Assembly (NCBI GenBank): GCA_030765235.1 | Contig: JAVCCW010000028.1 | Coordinates: 24,744 to 88,743, forward strand | Reading direction: 5' to 3' | Origin: Candidatus Gorgyraea atricola | GTDB taxonomy: Bacteria > Omnitrophota > Gorgyraeia > Gorgyraeales > Gorgyraeaceae | DNA: 64,000 nt | Part shown: positions 16,980 through 26,424 of the stretch, one piece after another | Numbering within the stretch: position 1 is the stretch's first letter | Layout of the letters: each line of letters opens with the position of its first letter | The notes under the pieces: generated by a model | The model's input: the letters and a program-made list of their open reading frames with translations, nothing else | Told to the model about the DNA's origin: nothing | Databases searched by the model: none | Position numbers and translations under genes: made by a program

Positions 16980-18194
16980 ATGATAGATAGAATATTGTAT
17001 AATATAGCGTTCTCAGACGAATGGGGCAGGCAGATGAGGTTTATAACCGGGCCTCGTCAATCAGGTAAGACTACCCTTGCGAAGTTGAAATTAGAACAAG
17101 AGAACACCAAAGGGTTGTATTATCTATGGGATCTTAGGTCGATCAGAAATAGATATAAAGACAATGAACTTTTTTTTACGCAGGATGCAGCATCATCAGC
17201 GCATAAATTATGGATATGCTTTGATGAAATCCATAAGATGCCCAAGTGGAAAAATATTTTAAAGGGCATATATGATTCCTCTTTTGATAATTATAATTTT
17301 ATCGTTACTGGATCAGCGAAGTTTGATATAAAAAGACGCGCGGGAGACAGCCTATCAGGAAGATATTTCACCTTCCATCTTTTTCCTTTATGTCTTTGTG
17401 AGCTGATCGGCGCCAAATCTTTCTTGATCCCGTCCTCTTCCAACGCGTCGGATTTTATTAAACAGAAAATAGAACGTAATATCAAGGCCCATGACCAATT
17501 AAATTCCTTAATAGAATATAGCGGTTTTCCCGAACCTTTTACAAGGCAGTCTAAAAAATTTCAGGCTAAATGGTCACAGGATTATTTAGACACGGTTATT
17601 AAAGAAGACATAGGAGCGCTTACAAGAATAATAGACAGGGAATATTTATATGATCTATATAAATTACTGCCAGAGATGGCCGGCAGCCCCATATCTGAGT
17701 CATCCTTAGCCTCTCATTTGGAAGTAAGTCCGCCGACTATAAAGAATTATCTTAAAAGGTTAGAAGATTTTTATTTAGCTTTTAGAATATACCCTTACTC
17801 GAAAAATATAAAGCGCTCCTTACTAAGGGCATCAAAGTGCTATCTTTACGATTGGTCGCGCGTTAAAGAACCTGGAAATAGATTTGAAAATTATGTAGCG
17901 GTTGAGTTAAAGACGCAGATTACTTTATGGAATGATGCCCTGGGCGGGGATTATCGGCTTTTTTATATTAGAAATAAAGATAAAAAAGAAATAGATTTTT
18001 TAATAACGGTACAAGACAAACCATGGCTTTTAATCGAAGCTAAATCTTCCGATAGCCCTGTTTCAAGGCATTGTTTTGACATTCAAAGGATGCTGGGCAA
18101 TATTCCTTTGGTGCAGCTTTGCATGGAAAAGGATGTTTGTTTGCTGGAGAAGAAGAATGTATATAGAATATCCGCAGATCGTTTTTTAAGTTGA
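16980..18194 (+). CDS. AAA+ ATPase with C-terminal DUF4143-like domain
   Basis: 404 aa. Walker A GPRQSGKTT and Walker B ICFDEIH. The architecture matches the widespread AAA_14/DUF4143 ATP-binding proteins. Preceded by a 266-nt AT-rich intergenic region. Confidence 0.7.
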   Translation: MIDRILYNIAFSDEWGRQMRFITGPRQSGKTTLAKLKLEQENTKGLYYLWDLRSIRNRYKDNELFFTQDAASSAHKLWICFDEIHKMPKWKNILKGIYDSSFDNYNFIVTGSAKFDIKRRAGDSLSGRYFTFHLFPLCLCELIGAKSFLIPSSSNASDFIKQKIERNIKAHDQLNSLIEYSGFPEPFTRQSKKFQAKWSQDYLDTVIKEDIGALTRIIDREYLYDLYKLLPEMAGSPISESSLASHLEVSPPTIKNYLKRLEDFYLAFRIYPYSKNIKRSLLRASKCYLYDWSRVKEPGNRFENYVAVELKTQITLWNDALGGDYRLFYIRNKDKKEIDFLITVQDKPWLLIEAKSSDSPVSRHCFDIQRMLGNIPLVQLCMEKDVCLLEKKNVYRISADRFLS

Positions 18195-18215
18195 GATCCT
18201 GCATGCACACACAAG

Positions 18216-19916
18216 ATGCTGATTAAAAAAACTATACTCTTAGGTGAAAGGCTTATCCAGAAAGGCCTGATTTCTCGTCGGGAACTAGATAAGGGTTTGA
18301 AGGAGCACGAGAAAACAGGCCTTTTTCTTGGGACTACTCTGGTAAGGCTTGGTTTTATCAGTGAAGAAGAACTGTATCCTATTCTTGCCGAGCAGTTGAA
18401 GATGGAGTATGTTAAGATAAAAGAACTTACTATTGATTCCGTGATTTTTGAAAAAGTCCCTGCCAGATATGCCTGCCATTACAGGCTCATGCCAGTAAAA
18501 TTTGATAAAGACATTTTGAGTGTTGCGGTCTCAGATCCTCTGGATATTAGGTCACTGGATGACCTGAGACTTCTTCTGGGTTGTGATGTGATCGGGTTAT
18601 TGGCAACTGAGTCAGACATAACCGAGGCCATCAGGAAATATTATGGCATTGGCGCAGAGACCATAGAAGAGATAGTGGATACGGGCGATATGGCCAAAGA
18701 TATAGAGCTGTCAGCAAAGACAACAGAGGATATAGAGGATCTTGCAGAGGACGCGTCGATTATAAAATTTGTAAATCAGGTCCTGGTGCAGGCAGTTAAA
18801 GACAGGGTCACGGATATTCATATTGAGCCGTATGAGGATGAGCTTAAGGTACGATACAGGGTGGATGGTGTTTTGTACGATATCCCAATCCCGCAGAATA
18901 TAAAATATTTTCAGGCTGCTATTGTTTCCAGGATAAAAATTATGGCGAGCCTGGATATTGCTGAGCGCAGGCTCCCGCAGGATGGGAGGATAAAGATCAA
19001 GGTAGGAGGGGAAGAACTGGATCTAAGGATATCCATACTTCCCACGCAGTTTGGAGAAAGCGTTGATATCAGGCTTTTAAGCGGCACAATGCTGTATAGC
19101 CTGAAGAATCTTGGACTTTCTTCTTCTGATCAAAAGATCATGGAAGTCCTTATCAAAAAGCCGCACGGGATCATATTTGTAACAGGACCTACAGGCAGCG
19201 GAAAGACTACTACGCTTTACGCGTGTTTATCCAAGATAAACAACAAAGACAAAAAGATCATTACCATAGAAGACCCCATAGAATATCAATTAAAGGGCGT
19301 GACGCAGATCCAGATCCACCCTCGCATTGGGCTTAGTTTCGCAGCAGGTCTGCGCTCAATGCTTCGTCATGACCCAGATATCATGATGGTGGGCGAGGTA
19401 AGGGATTTTGAAACAGCAGAGATAACTATTCGCGTTGCATTGACAGGGCATCTCGTGTTCAGTACTTTGCATACAAATGATGCTGCAGGAGGCATGGCGC
19501 GTTTGTTGGATATGGGTGTGGAGCCATATCTTGCTGCGAGTTCTGTTGAATGTTTTGCTGCGCAGCGCCTTGTAAGGCTGATCTGTCCGAAGTGTAAGAT
19601 TGAGAAAAGACCTGATAAAAAGGTCTTGAAGGAATTTGGAATAAAAGAGAAAAATATAAGTAAGGTAATTATTTTTGAGGGAAAAGGATGTGAGTCATGC
19701 AAGTTTACAGGCTACAGGGGCCGCACAGGCATATATGAGTTTTTACTTATGCATGAAGAGATCCGAGAACTAGTTCTTCACCGCTCATCAGCTGACCAGA
19801 TAAAGAAAAAGGCATTGGAGTTAGGCATGCACACGCTCCGCATGGATGGATGGGAAAAAGTGAAAAAGGGCCTGACAACGATAGACGAGGTGATCAGGGT
19901 TACAAAGGAAGACTAA
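18216..19916 (+). CDS. gspE: type II secretion/type IV pilus assembly ATPase (GspE/PilB family)
   Basis: 566 aa. N-terminal T2SSE_N domain with two MshEN-like motifs (LGERLIQKGLISRRELDKGL and LGTTLVRLGFISEEELYPILAEQL). Walker A VTGPTGSGKTTTLYA, and a C-terminal tetracysteine CPKC...CESC. Confidence 0.85.
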   Translation: MLIKKTILLGERLIQKGLISRRELDKGLKEHEKTGLFLGTTLVRLGFISEEELYPILAEQLKMEYVKIKELTIDSVIFEKVPARYACHYRLMPVKFDKDILSVAVSDPLDIRSLDDLRLLLGCDVIGLLATESDITEAIRKYYGIGAETIEEIVDTGDMAKDIELSAKTTEDIEDLAEDASIIKFVNQVLVQAVKDRVTDIHIEPYEDELKVRYRVDGVLYDIPIPQNIKYFQAAIVSRIKIMASLDIAERRLPQDGRIKIKVGGEELDLRISILPTQFGESVDIRLLSGTMLYSLKNLGLSSSDQKIMEVLIKKPHGIIFVTGPTGSGKTTTLYACLSKINNKDKKIITIEDPIEYQLKGVTQIQIHPRIGLSFAAGLRSMLRHDPDIMMVGEVRDFETAEITIRVALTGHLVFSTLHTNDAAGGMARLLDMGVEPYLAASSVECFAAQRLVRLICPKCKIEKRPDKKVLKEFGIKEKNISKVIIFEGKGCESCKFTGYRGRTGIYEFLLMHEEIRELVLHRSSADQIKKKALELGMHTLRMDGWEKVKKGLTTIDEVIRVTKED

Positions 19917-21101
19917 ATGCCTAAATTTATTTACAAAGCGAAAAAAGGGCCGAAAGAGATTATAGAGGGAAAGATCGAGGCTGAATCAGAGGCCCAGGCT
20001 GTAAAGCAGCTCATGCAGCAGGGCTATTATCCTATATGGGTTAAAGAGACCTCGACCTTAGCCTCACAAAAAAGAAGACCTGTAAAAACAAAGGACCTTG
20101 CGATTTTTACAAGGCAGCTCTCAGAGCTCTTGGATTCAGGCCTGGCCCTGTACGAGGCATTAAATATAATTGAAAATCAAATAGAGCTGCCGGGGTTAAA
20201 AGAGATCATAAGAGGTATTAGGGAAAAGGTAAGGGATGGCAATACCTTTTCTGAATCTTTGAAAGACTACCCAGGTGTTTTTTCAGAATTATATGTAAAT
20301 CTGGTTCGCTCAGGTGAGGCAGGGAGCATGCTTAGGGACGTGCTCAATAATATCGCGGATTTTCTGGAAAAAGAAGAGGATGTAAAGTCCAGGGTATTGG
20401 CTGCACTGGCATATCCAATGCTGATGCTGATCGTAGGTGCTGGTACAATATTTATTCTAACAGGATTTGTTATTCCAAAATTGGCCAATATGTTTATTGA
20501 GATGGGCGAGGTCTTACCTCTTCCCACAAGGATGCTTATTGGATTTAGTGATTTTATAAGGAGTTACTGGATATTATTAGCCATTTTTATAGGTGGCGCG
20601 ATATTTTTTGTTGCAAGGAGTAAATCCAAGGGGGCTATAGACAGGTTCAAATTAAAATTGCCTATTATTGGAGCGCTAGTAAGGGATAGTGAGCTTGCTA
20701 GATTCTCACGCACGCTTTCAATGCTTCTTAAAAATGGCGTGGCGATTCTTTCTGCATTAAAGATTACCTCTGATGTAATCGAAAATGAGGTTGTAAAAGC
20801 CGAGGCGCTTAGGATCTATAATGATGTTAGAGAAGGTTCATCGCTTGCAGCTGCGATAAAAAAGAATACCAGCTTTCCCCAGTTTATCGTAAATATGGCA
20901 ACGATAGGAGAAGAGGGTGGGATGCTGGATAAGACCTTACTTAAGGCTGCAAAGAGTTACGAGCTCGAGAGCGACAGAAAGATCAAGATACTCTCATCTC
21001 TTTTAGAGCCAGCTATAATATTGATCATGGGTGTGGTAGTAGGTTTTATCGTAATATCAATGCTTTTGCCAGTATTTCAGATATCGTTGACTGCACATTG
21101 A
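19917..21101 (+). CDS. gspF: type II secretion inner-membrane platform protein (GspF/PilC family)
   Basis: 394 aa. Duplicated T2SSF domains and three TM segments. The start codon abuts the gspE stop. Confidence 0.85.
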   Translation: MPKFIYKAKKGPKEIIEGKIEAESEAQAVKQLMQQGYYPIWVKETSTLASQKRRPVKTKDLAIFTRQLSELLDSGLALYEALNIIENQIELPGLKEIIRGIREKVRDGNTFSESLKDYPGVFSELYVNLVRSGEAGSMLRDVLNNIADFLEKEEDVKSRVLAALAYPMLMLIVGAGTIFILTGFVIPKLANMFIEMGEVLPLPTRMLIGFSDFIRSYWILLAIFIGGAIFFVARSKSKGAIDRFKLKLPIIGALVRDSELARFSRTLSMLLKNGVAILSALKITSDVIENEVVKAEALRIYNDVREGSSLAAAIKKNTSFPQFIVNMATIGEEGGMLDKTLLKAAKSYELESDRKIKILSSLLEPAIILIMGVVVGFIVISMLLPVFQISLTAH

Positions 21102-21102
21102 C

Positions 21103-21134
21103 AAATCGCGGAACTTCCGCGTAGTTCAGCGATT
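21103..21134. repeat. minimal copy of the aatcgcggaac...gttcagcgatt palindromic element, directly after the gspF stop
   Basis: aaatcgcggaacttccgcgtagttcagcgatt. The termini are shared with the element at 62511-62628, and the left terminus with 5761-5848. Confidence 0.65.
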
Positions 21135-21150
21135 ACTATAGGAGGTAATT

Positions 21151-21549
21151 ATGAGTAGTCAAAAAGGTTTTACATTGATAGAACTGATGCTTGTCGTAAT
21201 AATCATAGGGGTGCTTGCGTCATTAGTAGTGCCCAGGCTTGTGGGCCGTTCAGAAGAGGCAAGGATTGCCGCTGCAAAGGCAGATATAAATGCCAATATT
21301 TCAGTGGCGCTTGATCTATATGAGCTGGACAATGGAAAATACCCGTCTGACCTGAATGCCTTAAAGGCAAAATCAGGCTCGGACGCAAACTGGAAAGGCC
21401 CATATCTTAAAAGAAGCGTAAAAGATCCATGGGGAAATTCTTATGTATACAGAAGCCCAGGGGATCATGACACTGATTACGATCTTTATTCTTATGGCCC
21501 TGACGCTGCAGAGGGCGGAGGCGATGATATTACGAACTGGGAAGAATAA
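21151..21549 (+). CDS. gspG: type II secretion major pseudopilin GspG
   Basis: 132 aa. Prepilin leader MSSQKG|FTLIELMLVVIIIGVLASLVVPRL. The GspG-specific motif DPWGNSYVY is present. Confidence 0.85.
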   Translation: MSSQKGFTLIELMLVVIIIGVLASLVVPRLVGRSEEARIAAAKADINANISVALDLYELDNGKYPSDLNALKAKSGSDANWKGPYLKRSVKDPWGNSYVYRSPGDHDTDYDLYSYGPDAAEGGGDDITNWEE

Positions 21550-21784
21550 AAAAGGGATTTTATTGCTGGAAGTATTAGTCAGCACTACGATTCTTTCAGT
21601 TTGTTTTATATTTATAATAAGTTCTTTTACGAGATCTATAAGGGCGATAGACCTCTCAGGGGATTATTTCAGGCTAGGCCTGGTTCTTGAGCAGGAATTA
21701 TACGAGGCCCTTGATTGCGAATTAAAACAAGGTCTTCCGGATTTTGACAAAATTTATGAAGAAAAAAGGGTTTACCCTGATTGA
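21524..21784 (+). CDS. minor pseudopilin (GspH/GspI-like)
   Basis: Start chosen at MILRTGKNKKG|ILLLEVLVSTTIL, a prepilin-like leader plus hydrophobic helix. Overlaps the gspG 3' end by 26 nt. The ORF track's upstream extension is rejected. Confidence 0.5.
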   Translation: MILRTGKNKKGILLLEVLVSTTILSVCFIFIISSFTRSIRAIDLSGDYFRLGLVLEQELYEALDCELKQGLPDFDKIYEEKRVYPD

Positions 21785-22325
21785 GCTTATAATTAGTGTA
21801 ACAATATTTAGCATAGTAATCGTTTCAGTTTATGGCGTGTTTTATATGGGTTTAAAGACATGGAGGCGCGCTCAAGGAGAAAAATCCCTGCAAGAGATAC
21901 GCATGGCATTTTTAAAGATGGAAAAGGAACTGAAAAATACATTCTTCTTTTCTGACACCAAATTTAAAGGCACGTCAAAAGACATGTCTTTTCCTTTAGT
22001 TGTCTCAGATAAAGTTTATACAATTACCTATAGCGTGAACGAAAATGAAGATAGCGGACTAAGTCAAATTCTGAGAACAAAAGACGAAGAAGAAAAAGAG
22101 ATATCGCCTCCAATGAAGTCTATTAAATTTCAATATGCTGCTATGGCCGAAGATATCGAATGGAAGGATAATTGGAATGAAGATGACCTTCCTTCTGGCA
22201 TAAGGATTTCTTTAGAGGATGAGGAGACTTGCCCCGTGCCTTTTGCAGATAGAGCAAAAAGCAAAAGGCATGGGGTTTACAGCAAGACCATTTTTCTTAA
22301 ACAGCCGGATTTTAAGATACAATGA
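21756..22325 (+). CDS. minor pseudopilin (GspJ-like)
   Basis: MKKKG|FTLIELIISVTIFSIVIVSVYGVF prepilin N-terminus. An in-frame TTG at 21744 is an alternative start. About 190 aa, consistent with GspJ. Confidence 0.55.
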   Translation: MKKKGFTLIELIISVTIFSIVIVSVYGVFYMGLKTWRRAQGEKSLQEIRMAFLKMEKELKNTFFFSDTKFKGTSKDMSFPLVVSDKVYTITYSVNENEDSGLSQILRTKDEEEKEISPPMKSIKFQYAAMAEDIEWKDNWNEDDLPSGIRISLEDEETCPVPFADRAKSKRHGVYSKTIFLKQPDFKIQ

Positions 22326-23110
22326 AGAAAAAAGGAAGCATCTTGATATTTACATTGTGGGTGTTAATTATTTTAGCCATCCTTAGTGTGATTATTTCTC
22401 GTCGGGCATCTACTGATGTAAGGCTGGCAAAATACGAGGCTGATAGCATAAAAGGCACTTATTTTGCAAAGGCAGGTGTCATGAAGATGCTTGTAGAACT
22501 TACTAAAGATAAAAATGGGTACGACAGCTTAGATGAGGACTGGAATAGAGGTAAGGATAATCCAAAGGAATTGACATTGAAAAATGATACAGTACTCTAT
22601 GGCGCATCTGATGAAGCAGCCAGATTAAATCTGAATCATTGCACAATAGATAACCTTAAGAACCTGGGACTTGAAGATGATATTGCTAATAATATATTAA
22701 AGTATAGGACGGATCATAATAAGGACTTTGAGTTTATGGAAGAGTTGTTTCTGGTAGAGGCTATGACGCGAGAGGTGTATAATACAATTAAGGATCTAGT
22801 TACGATTTATAGAGGAGATGAGGTCAAGGTAAACATAAATACTGCATCTTCAGATGTACTGATGGCAGTTGTGGGCGATCCAGTTTTAGTACAGGCGATA
22901 GTAGATTATAGAAATAACGATGATATGTTTACAAATACTAGTGATATCAGCATGATACAAGGATTGGATCCAGCTATGTTTAACTGGGAGTCTAATATCT
23001 TTCGCATATGGGCAGAGGCTGTTCTGGCAGATGATACTGATGCAACAAAAACTGCTGAAGCTATAGTCGATAGGACATCAGGAAAGATCTATCATTGGAG
23101 GGAAGATTGA
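22322..23110 (+). CDS. gspK: GspK-like minor pseudopilin
   Basis: 262 aa. MKKKGSILIFTLWVLIILAILSV N-terminal TM helix without the processing Gly/Phe, as in GspK. Gene order is G-H/I-J-K. Confidence 0.6.
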   Translation: MKKKGSILIFTLWVLIILAILSVIISRRASTDVRLAKYEADSIKGTYFAKAGVMKMLVELTKDKNGYDSLDEDWNRGKDNPKELTLKNDTVLYGASDEAARLNLNHCTIDNLKNLGLEDDIANNILKYRTDHNKDFEFMEELFLVEAMTREVYNTIKDLVTIYRGDEVKVNINTASSDVLMAVVGDPVLVQAIVDYRNNDDMFTNTSDISMIQGLDPAMFNWESNIFRIWAEAVLADDTDATKTAEAIVDRTSGKIYHWRED

Positions 23111-24225
23111 TAATCATACCGCGGCATCAAGTCTTTGTTAAGTTCGTGGACGTACCATCTCTAGACGAATCTGAGATAGCGAAGATGGCAGAATTTCAGA
23201 TCGTGAAGGAGATCCCGCATCCAAAAGAAGATTTGATAATCAGCTATAGAAATCTTGACTCCCATAGAGAAGGTTTCTCATCACTCATGCTAACAGTTGT
23301 TACCAGAGATGTGATAGAGGAAAAGATTGACGAGGCTGCTCATGTAGATAGCATAAGACTATATAGTGAGCTATTATATCTATTCCTGTTAAAAGAGAAT
23401 GTGGTAAGCCAGGATAAGGTAAGTCTTATTATTCATGTTAGAGAAGAAGACTCAGAGATAATGATAATAGATCGCTCACGGCTGATATTTTCCAGAGGTT
23501 TTAAGGATAGGCACGCATTTTTAGGTGAGATAGAGCGTTCAATTTTAGCCTATAAAAGAGAAAAGGCAAATCCTGAGATAGAAGATATAATTATAGTACG
23601 CCATTCAGGTGTGAATATCGACGATAAAATAGAAAAGATAAAGGCACAGTTTACGATTCCTGTAAGGTTTCATGAATATAGCCAGGATTTGAGTCTGCTT
23701 GATCTGGGGCCTCAGATCGACCTTATGCCAAAGGAGATCAGTCATAAAAGACGTGGTTTAGTAAAGAGGCGCGAGTCCATAGTTACATATTCTCTTGTAG
23801 GAGTGGTTATTGTATTATTTTCTATTTTACTTTATTCAAAGATTCACCAGAAAAATAAAATTATAGGCGCGATTTCTACAAAGGTAGAAGAAGTGGACGC
23901 AAGGATAGAAGGTTTGGACGAGATCCTTAAAAAGACCGAGGCTGTAAAGGATCATTTAGAAAAGGGTAGTTTTATTATAAAGGTTTTAGAGGATTTTTAT
24001 CTAACAGTCCCCCAAGATATATCAATTTCAGGCTTAGATTATGATGGAAAGGATAATATTTTCTATAAAGGCAATTCAAAGGCCATGGCTACTCTCCTAA
24101 ATTACGTAAAAAGACTGGAGAATTCCAAGTATTTCAGCAAGGTGGAAGTTAAATATGCTACAAAGAAAAAGGTAAAGGGAGAAGAGATAGTAGATTTTAA
24201 TCTAAGGTGTCAATTAAAGCCATGA
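23095..24225 (+). CDS. GspL-like (cytoplasmic actin-like domain + TM + periplasmic domain) assembly protein
   Basis: 376 aa. A single central TM helix (VTYSLVGVVIVLFSILLYSKI) separates an about 240-aa N-terminal domain from an about 115-aa C-terminal domain, the GspL/PilM-PilN topology. The TTG start is uncertain. Confidence 0.5.
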   Translation: MEGRLIIIPRHQVFVKFVDVPSLDESEIAKMAEFQIVKEIPHPKEDLIISYRNLDSHREGFSSLMLTVVTRDVIEEKIDEAAHVDSIRLYSELLYLFLLKENVVSQDKVSLIIHVREEDSEIMIIDRSRLIFSRGFKDRHAFLGEIERSILAYKREKANPEIEDIIIVRHSGVNIDDKIEKIKAQFTIPVRFHEYSQDLSLLDLGPQIDLMPKEISHKRRGLVKRRESIVTYSLVGVVIVLFSILLYSKIHQKNKIIGAISTKVEEVDARIEGLDEILKKTEAVKDHLEKGSFIIKVLEDFYLTVPQDISISGLDYDGKDNIFYKGNSKAMATLLNYVKRLENSKYFSKVEVKYATKKKVKGEEIVDFNLRCQLKP

Positions 24226-24722
24226 ATATTTCCAAGCGAGAAAAATATATATCTATTATTGCTACTGGAGTTGTCGTATTGGCGCTGGCGTATAATTTTT
24301 TAATAGATCCACTTTTCAAAAAATGGCATAATTTTAATAATGATATAATAAAAAATGAAATTGCCTTAAAGAAAGGCTTGAAATTGCTGGAGAATAGAAA
24401 TGATATTATCAAAGAGTATAATAGCTATGCATCCACTACCAGGACGCTTTCAAGGATTTTGAGTTACATAGAAAAACATGCCATTTCAACAGGTGTAAAA
24501 ACAGCCAATATAAAGCCAAGGCCAGTTGTTGAAAAAGGCTATTATAAGGAATATGTCATTGAGCTGCAGGTAGAAGGCACATTTTCCGCTATCAACAAGT
24601 TCGCATCTAAGATCATAGAACCCCCTTTGCTAATCACCATAAAAAAATTCGACCTAAGAACCCCCACAGACACTCCATCCACCCTAAAAGGTACCCTAAT
24701 TCTCTCCAAACCCCTAATTTAA
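24222..24722 (+). CDS. GspM/PilO-like bitopic membrane protein
   Basis: ATGA overlap with the gspL-like stop. N-terminal TM helix ISIIATGVVVLALAYNFLI, then a periplasmic domain. Assigned from its position after gspL. Confidence 0.45.
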   Translation: MNISKREKYISIIATGVVVLALAYNFLIDPLFKKWHNFNNDIIKNEIALKKGLKLLENRNDIIKEYNSYASTTRTLSRILSYIEKHAISTGVKTANIKPRPVVEKGYYKEYVIELQVEGTFSAINKFASKIIEPPLLITIKKFDLRTPTDTPSTLKGTLILSKPLI

Positions 24723-24778
24723 CTTTACACTTAACCAAGGCTTAAGTGTAAAGTAGGCCAGGTTTAAACCTGGCCTAC
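24722..24778. repeat. two adjacent perfect palindromes after gspM: actttacacttaa-ccaaggc-ttaagtgtaaagt and gtaggccaggtttaaacctggcctac
   Basis: The second is the 26-nt core of the 8207-8246 palindrome. Confidence 0.75.
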
Positions 24779-24798
24779 AGAGAAGTTAGGAGTTGACC

Positions 24799-24872
24799 TT
24801 GACAATAAGGAAATCGTGGGGCATACTTACTCTCTATATGGAGAGTGAACTCTCACTCTCTACTTGGAGAGC
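24799..24872 (+). promoter_or_regulatory. candidate promoter (TTGACA-17-CATACT) plus two tandem CTCTC-N6-GAGAG inverted-repeat boxes upstream of the MerR-like gene
   Basis: ttgaca at 24799-24804. Box 1 is tctctatatggagag, and box 2 is tctctacttggagag, 10 nt further. Both precede the ATG at 24874. Confidence 0.4.
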
Positions 24873-24873
24873 T

Positions 24874-25110
24874 ATGAATAAGATATATTTGATTAAAGAT
24901 CTGGCAAGGCTAAGTGGACACACAGTGCACACTGTGAAGTATTACCTTAATATAGGTGTCATAAAGGAGATTGGCAGGAGTCCAGAGACTAACTTTAGAT
25001 ACTTTGATGATGTAGTGCTTGAGAGATTGAAAAAGGTGAGGGATTTGCGCAGACAGAATAAAGGCCTTGCAGAGATAAAGGAGTTACTCGGGTCAGATGT
25101 CGTATTATAA
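24874..25110 (+). CDS. small MerR-family HTH transcriptional regulator embedded in the T2SS locus
   Basis: 78 aa. IKDLARLSGHTVHTVKYYLNIGVI...FRYFDDVVLERLKKVRDLRRQNKGLAEIKELL has the MerR HTH and coiled-coil pattern. There is no effector domain. Confidence 0.6.
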   Translation: MNKIYLIKDLARLSGHTVHTVKYYLNIGVIKEIGRSPETNFRYFDDVVLERLKKVRDLRRQNKGLAEIKELLGSDVVL

Positions 25111-25924
25111 TATTCTCAATCTCAATAAAGAGCCATTTTCAACAAGTCCAGATCCTTATTTTTTATATCCATCCACGTCTCATCAGCAGGCACTGCAGAG
25201 GCTTGAGATCGCGATCAGGCTTAAGAGAGGGCTGAGCGTGATTTTAGGAGACGTGGGGATCGGGAAGACCACGCTTGCCCGCGCGCTTGTCCAGAATCTA
25301 AATCAGGATCACACTATAGTTACTCACATGATCTTTGATCCTACCTATGATTCAGAGTTTCAGTTTGTTGTTTACCTGGCAAAACTTTTTGGCATAAGAC
25401 CAAATTTTCGTTCAGCCCTTGATTATAAAGAGGCCATAGAGAGGTTTTTATTTAAAAAATGCGTGGATGAGGAAAATATTGTCGTGCTTATTATTGACGA
25501 GGCTCAGAAATTGAGCGCATCCAGCCTGGAGATATTGCGCACGCTCCTGAACTACGAAACTAATGAATACAAACTTCTCCAGCTCGTGATTATAGGTCAA
25601 ACAGAGCTTCTGCCTAAATTAAAAAGGATAAGAAATTTTTCAGACAGGGTTTCGCTGAAGTATATGATCAACCCGTTTGATATAAATGAGACCAGGGCCA
25701 TGATACAGTTTAGACTGAAGCAGGCTGGTTATAATTCAGGAAAAGGTCTTTTTAGTAATAATGCAATGGATATGATCTACCAGTATACACAGGGCTATCC
25801 GCGGCAGATAGCAAATATCTGTCATCTCGCATTAGAAGAATTTTTAATGCAAGAGAGGTCCGTGGTGGATACTGATTTAATAGACGAGGTAATAGAACGC
25901 GATAGAAAGGTGGATCTGGATTAA
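25097..25924 (+). CDS. gspA: GspA/ExeA-like AAA ATPase (secretin-assembly factor), cytoplasmic ATPase part only
   Basis: 275 aa. ...QQALQRLEIAIRLKRGLSVILGDVGIGKTTLARAL carries Walker A, and VLIIDEAQ is Walker B. The ExeA family signature is present. Confidence 0.7.
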   Translation: MSYYNILNLNKEPFSTSPDPYFLYPSTSHQQALQRLEIAIRLKRGLSVILGDVGIGKTTLARALVQNLNQDHTIVTHMIFDPTYDSEFQFVVYLAKLFGIRPNFRSALDYKEAIERFLFKKCVDEENIVVLIIDEAQKLSASSLEILRTLLNYETNEYKLLQLVIIGQTELLPKLKRIRNFSDRVSLKYMINPFDINETRAMIQFRLKQAGYNSGKGLFSNNAMDMIYQYTQGYPRQIANICHLALEEFLMQERSVVDTDLIDEVIERDRKVDLD

Positions 25925-26409
25925 TGGCTGGTATGACTTCAGAAGGGAAACTTCTTAATCTCATAAAAGATGCGCAGAAAAAACGTAAGCTCAGGAAGGA
26001 TTTAAAGGTGTTTACGAAAATAAACATTGTCTTGATCGTTCTTATATTGGTTATACTTATTGTGTTTTTAGTGGATTTTCTCACCCCTGACCAAGAGAGG
26101 TCTAAGCTCATGGTAGAGCTGCCAAAGGAAGATGGAGCAGTTTTGCCTCTAGTAGAGGACGTGGATATAGAGGAAGAGATAGTGATTGAAGAAAAATCTC
26201 TTGCCTCAAAAGAGGAATTAGTAAAGGACTTGGCTGTGCTGGGCATCATCACAGGTGATAGCGACCAGGTTATAATAGAAGACAAGAGTGCAGGAAAGAC
26301 CTTTTTTCTTTACAAAGACGATAGTTTCGGAGATTTTAAGATTATCGAAATAAAAGATAATGGCGTGACCTTAGATTATAAAGGTGAAAAAATAGAATTG
26401 AATATGTAA
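25924..26409 (+). CDS. bitopic membrane protein, GspB/GspC-like partner of GspA
   Basis: 161 aa. Basic cytoplasmic N-terminus, then a TM helix (INIVLIVLILVILIVFLV), an acidic periplasmic linker and a small beta-rich C-domain. TAATG overlap with gspA. Homology is not firmly established. Confidence 0.4.
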   Translation: MAGMTSEGKLLNLIKDAQKKRKLRKDLKVFTKINIVLIVLILVILIVFLVDFLTPDQERSKLMVELPKEDGAVLPLVEDVDIEEEIVIEEKSLASKEELVKDLAVLGIITGDSDQVIIEDKSAGKTFFLYKDDSFGDFKIIEIKDNGVTLDYKGEKIELNM

Positions 26410-26424
26410 AAGGGGAGGTTTCCG

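Noticed and set aside
21443-21523. ORF-track start at 21443 for the first minor pseudopilin
   Set aside because: It would place a hydrophobic stretch before the prepilin leader and overlap gspG by over 100 nt. The ATG at 21524 gives a proper leader (MILRTGKNKKG) followed by the hydrophobic helix.
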